NCBI GenBank assembly: GCA_905215555.1 | Contig: CAJMQU010000021.1 | Location: forward strand, 7,846 to 71,845 | Direction: 5' to 3' | Length of the DNA: 64,000 bases | From: an uncultured bacterium | Lineage (GTDB): Bacteria > Bacteroidota > Bacteroidia > Bacteroidales > Bacteroidaceae | In this document: one piece after another, positions 61,447-64,000 of the stretch | Layout of the letters: each line of letters opens with the position of its first letter | Position numbering within the stretch: the stretch's first letter is position 1 | The notes under the pieces: generated by a model | What the model saw: the letters and a program-made list of their open reading frames with translations, nothing else | Database searches by the model: none | What the model was told of the DNA's origin: nothing | Made by a program: the position numbers and the translations under genes

Positions 61447-61860
61447 ATGCGAACGATCACCTTGCTCATTGTCCATTGCTCGGCCACGCCTCAGGGCGTG
61501 AGCCTGAGCTTTGAGGATTGTCGCCGCGACCATATCCGCCACCGCGGATTCAGCGACATCGGTTACCATTTCTACGTGACTCGTGACGGCGAAATCCACC
61601 GCGGCCGTCCACCGGAAAAAACCGGGGCGCATTGCCTCAATCACAACCGGCACTCCATCGGCATCTGTTACGAAGGAGGACTGGATGCTGAAGGCCGTCC
61701 GGCCGATACGCGCACTTTAGAACAGAAGGCTGCGCTGCTTGCTCTGCTTCGCGAGTTGAAACGCATCTTCCCACGGGCGCTGATTGTAGGCCATCACGAC
61801 CTGAATCCCGTGAAACCTTGTCCTTGCTTCGATGCGGAAAGGGAGTATAGGGGGCTGTAA
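61447..61860 (+). CDS. N-acetylmuramoyl-L-alanine amidase (T7 lysozyme-like, Amidase_2)
   Basis: IVHCSAT, IGYHF, GAHC, SIGICYEGG, GHHDL...KPCPCF; no signal peptide. Confidence 0.92.
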   Translation: MRTITLLIVHCSATPQGVSLSFEDCRRDHIRHRGFSDIGYHFYVTRDGEIHRGRPPEKTGAHCLNHNRHSIGICYEGGLDAEGRPADTRTLEQKAALLALLRELKRIFPRALIVGHHDLNPVKPCPCFDAEREYRGL

Positions 61861-61871
61861 AAGCCCCCTAT
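61847..61871 (+). terminator. Hairpin at amidase stop
   Basis: ATAGGGGGCT-gtaaa-AGCCCCCTAT. Confidence 0.6.
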
Positions 61872-61972
61872 TTGCTTATTTCGGAAAAATGAATTCTACA
61901 GAAAACAATCCATTTCTTTGGCATTGAACTTGATAGTTGTTACCTTTGTTCACAAGAATCCATAGTGATAAA

Positions 61973-63106
61973 ATGAAAGAGCAAGAAGAACTGTTAGAAA
62001 GTGAATCCGGGTTGGACATGGAAGAAAACAACTCGTCGACTATTTATCCCAACGCGGAAGTACGGGTGGAAAAAGCTCAATTTAGCATTTTGCACCTGCG
62101 ACGTCTATGTGTGGAACGAAAAGAAATAATTATTTCCCCCGATTTCCAAAGAAATGATGTTTGGAAAGGAAGACAAACATCCGAATTGATAGAATCAATA
62201 CTAATGGGAATACCCATCCCTATTATGTACCTGTTTGAAACCAGAGAAGGGAAAAAACAAGTAGTGGACGGACGACAACGCATTGACACCATATTAAGGT
62301 TCTTAGACAATGGATTCAGGCTGAAAGATTTAAAAATACTCCATGCTCTAAACGGCTCTCTTTTTAAAGAATTGGATTTAAAACTACAAGGCATATTTGA
62401 AGATTACCAATTATTTTTCTATATCATCCAGCCTCCGACTCCGGAACGTGTAAAATATGATATTTTTGATAGAGTTAACCGAGGAGGAACACGATTGAAT
62501 AATCAAGAAATGCGTAATGCACTGTACAGGGGTAATGCAACATTCCTCATAGATAGTATTTGTATATCAGAAGAATTCAAAAAAGCGACAGGAGAAGGCG
62601 TAAGCCCCATACGAATGCGAGACAGATATATTGTACTACGAACCATAGCCTTTTATTTACTTATGACCAAGCAGTTACAAACTGCAGATTTAGGAAAACC
62701 AATCGAGTACAGAAGCGACATTGACGATTTCCTGGCTAAAGTGATGATATTTATGAATCAACGTATGTCGCAGGAAGATATTGAGAATTTAAAAGAAAAA
62801 TTTCTGACAGCATTAAAGAAAATCTATTCACTATTGGGTGAAGACGCATTCCGGTTTGCCGGTATAAACAAACGTCGGCCGATTAATATGCCTTTATTTG
62901 AATGTCTTACCTATCTATTTTTGCTTGAATGGGATTGGAATGACGATAAGGAAATCTATTGGAGCATAGAAGATCTGAAAGATTCACTGGATAAAAGTGG
63001 CTCTTTTCAGGGGAATGTGGATTCTATTACCAGTTTAGGTTATAGATACTCGTGTATAAATCAATTTTTTAAAGGTCTACAGAATGATACAAAAAGTAAT
63101 AATTAG
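61973..63106 (+). CDS. DUF262 (ParB/Srx-like) protein, Menshen NsnA-like
   Basis: PDFQR..VW, LIESILMGIPIP, VDGRQR, FDRVNRGG..L..QE.RNA; TACCTTTG at 61941. Confidence 0.88.
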   Translation: MKEQEELLESESGLDMEENNSSTIYPNAEVRVEKAQFSILHLRRLCVERKEIIISPDFQRNDVWKGRQTSELIESILMGIPIPIMYLFETREGKKQVVDGRQRIDTILRFLDNGFRLKDLKILHALNGSLFKELDLKLQGIFEDYQLFFYIIQPPTPERVKYDIFDRVNRGGTRLNNQEMRNALYRGNATFLIDSICISEEFKKATGEGVSPIRMRDRYIVLRTIAFYLLMTKQLQTADLGKPIEYRSDIDDFLAKVMIFMNQRMSQEDIENLKEKFLTALKKIYSLLGEDAFRFAGINKRRPINMPLFECLTYLFLLEWDWNDDKEIYWSIEDLKDSLDKSGSFQGNVDSITSLGYRYSCINQFFKGLQNDTKSNN

Positions 63107-64000
63107 TGGGTTGAAAAATATCAAGCATGAGGAAATGACGTTGAAACCATTAACGTTATTGACCGGTTTAAACTCAACAGGGAAATCAAGCGTGTTGCAA
63201 GCTATCTTATTAGTAAACAAGGCTACCACAAAAAATGGACAAATATATTTGGATCCTATACTTTCTTCTTTCTCCACCCTTAGAAATATATATGAGAATG
63301 CAAAAAGAGTTTCCATCAGCCTGGAAATAAATGAAAACTGCATCAATTATGAGCTATCAGAAGGAGAAGAAGAAAAAACGGAAGGATGTGCCGGACTGGA
63401 AATAGAAAAAAATCTTTATTACCTGTCGGCTAATCGTGTTGGTGCGGAGAATTTAGCCAGTATATCTTCTGTGATTTCCTGCGGCATTAACGGAGATTAT
63501 TTATTAGGAACCTTTGAAAAGGAAAAATCTAAATCTCTGCATGAAACTTTGATAAAAGATGAAAGTTCATTTACATTAGCAACCCAACTCAACTACTGGC
63601 AGAGTTATATATTAGGCTTAAAACTTGAACTGAAAACAGAAAAACGCAACGATCAGATAGTTGAAGTAAAATATAATAGCGACGATATACCAGGAATTCT
63701 TCCCACACAATTAGGAGCAGGTGTAAGTTATCTGACTAAAGTACTTATACTTTGTCTAAGAGCCACTCCGGGAGATGTAGTAATGATTGAAAACCCAGAG
63801 ATACATCTTCATCCTGCTGCCCAGTCACGTTTAGGAGAATTTTTCGCCTTTATAGCCAATGCCGGTATTCAGCTTATTGTAGAAACCCATTGTGACCATC
63901 TAATAAATAAGTTACAGTATCTGGTATTCAAAAAGACATTTGAATCTGGAAACACAATTATATATTACAAAAAGGGCATTATAGCCCCATTTGAAAAAAT
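63084..64000 (+). CDS. ABC/AAA-type ATPase (DUF3696-associated, NsnB-like), truncated by window end
   Basis: MIQKVIISGLK..., Walker A GLNSTGKS, LGAGVSY, Walker B MIENPEIHLHP, ETHCDH; overlaps DUF262 stop. Confidence 0.88.
   Translation, partial: MIQKVIISGLKNIKHEEMTLKPLTLLTGLNSTGKSSVLQAILLVNKATTKNGQIYLDPILSSFSTLRNIYENAKRVSISLEINENCINYELSEGEEEKTEGCAGLEIEKNLYYLSANRVGAENLASISSVISCGINGDYLLGTFEKEKSKSLHETLIKDESSFTLATQLNYWQSYILGLKLELKTEKRNDQIVEVKYNSDDIPGILPTQLGAGVSYLTKVLILCLRATPGDVVMIENPEIHLHPAAQSRLGEFFAFIANAGIQLIVETHCDHLINKLQYLVFKKTFESGNTIIYYKKGIIAPFEK

Noticed and set aside
57717..61860. Complete prophage
   Set aside because: No integrase, terminase, capsid or tail genes in the window.

Overview
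64 kb of a Bacteroidaceae (Bacteroides-like) chromosome; the taxon is inferred from protein families and recurrent TAnnTTTG promoter motifs. Core genes: relA/spoT, dgkA, panB, proS, MATE/MFS/OPT transporters, an AmgK/MurU-like pair, a GH2 beta-galactosidase and tRNA-Gly(CCC). Accessory or decaying material includes: (1) a MacB/FtsX-type ABC cluster behind a sigma54-type promoter with tandem enhancer-like palindromes, whose last permease is internally deleted; (2) an AT-rich islet at tRNA-Gly with a probable integrase remnant; (3) intact late cobamide genes (cobU/T/S/C, cbiB, cobD, cobQ) alongside broken corrin-ring genes (cbiA, cbiK, cbiH fragments; eroding cbiJ-cbiD); (4) an orphan pair of one intact and one ATPase-dead histidine kinase; (5) an rclR/C/A-like cluster; (6) from about 56.2 kb, a variable region with a deleted AbiEii toxin, a WecA-like fragment, a BT4734/VirE-N + PriCT-2/DUF3987 + DUF4248 + HU-like + smalltalk + amidase module, and a DUF262 + ATPase (Menshen-like) pair cut by the window end. 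The most striking unexplained structure is a 54-bp inverted repeat with one arm inside the DUF3987 gene and the other just downstream, next to four 21-bp iteron-like repeats. Also notable are 22-bp-period arrays whose 9-bp core flips orientation, and a heptamer palindrome translated in frame inside cobQ. All family assignments come from motif recognition by eye, not database searches.
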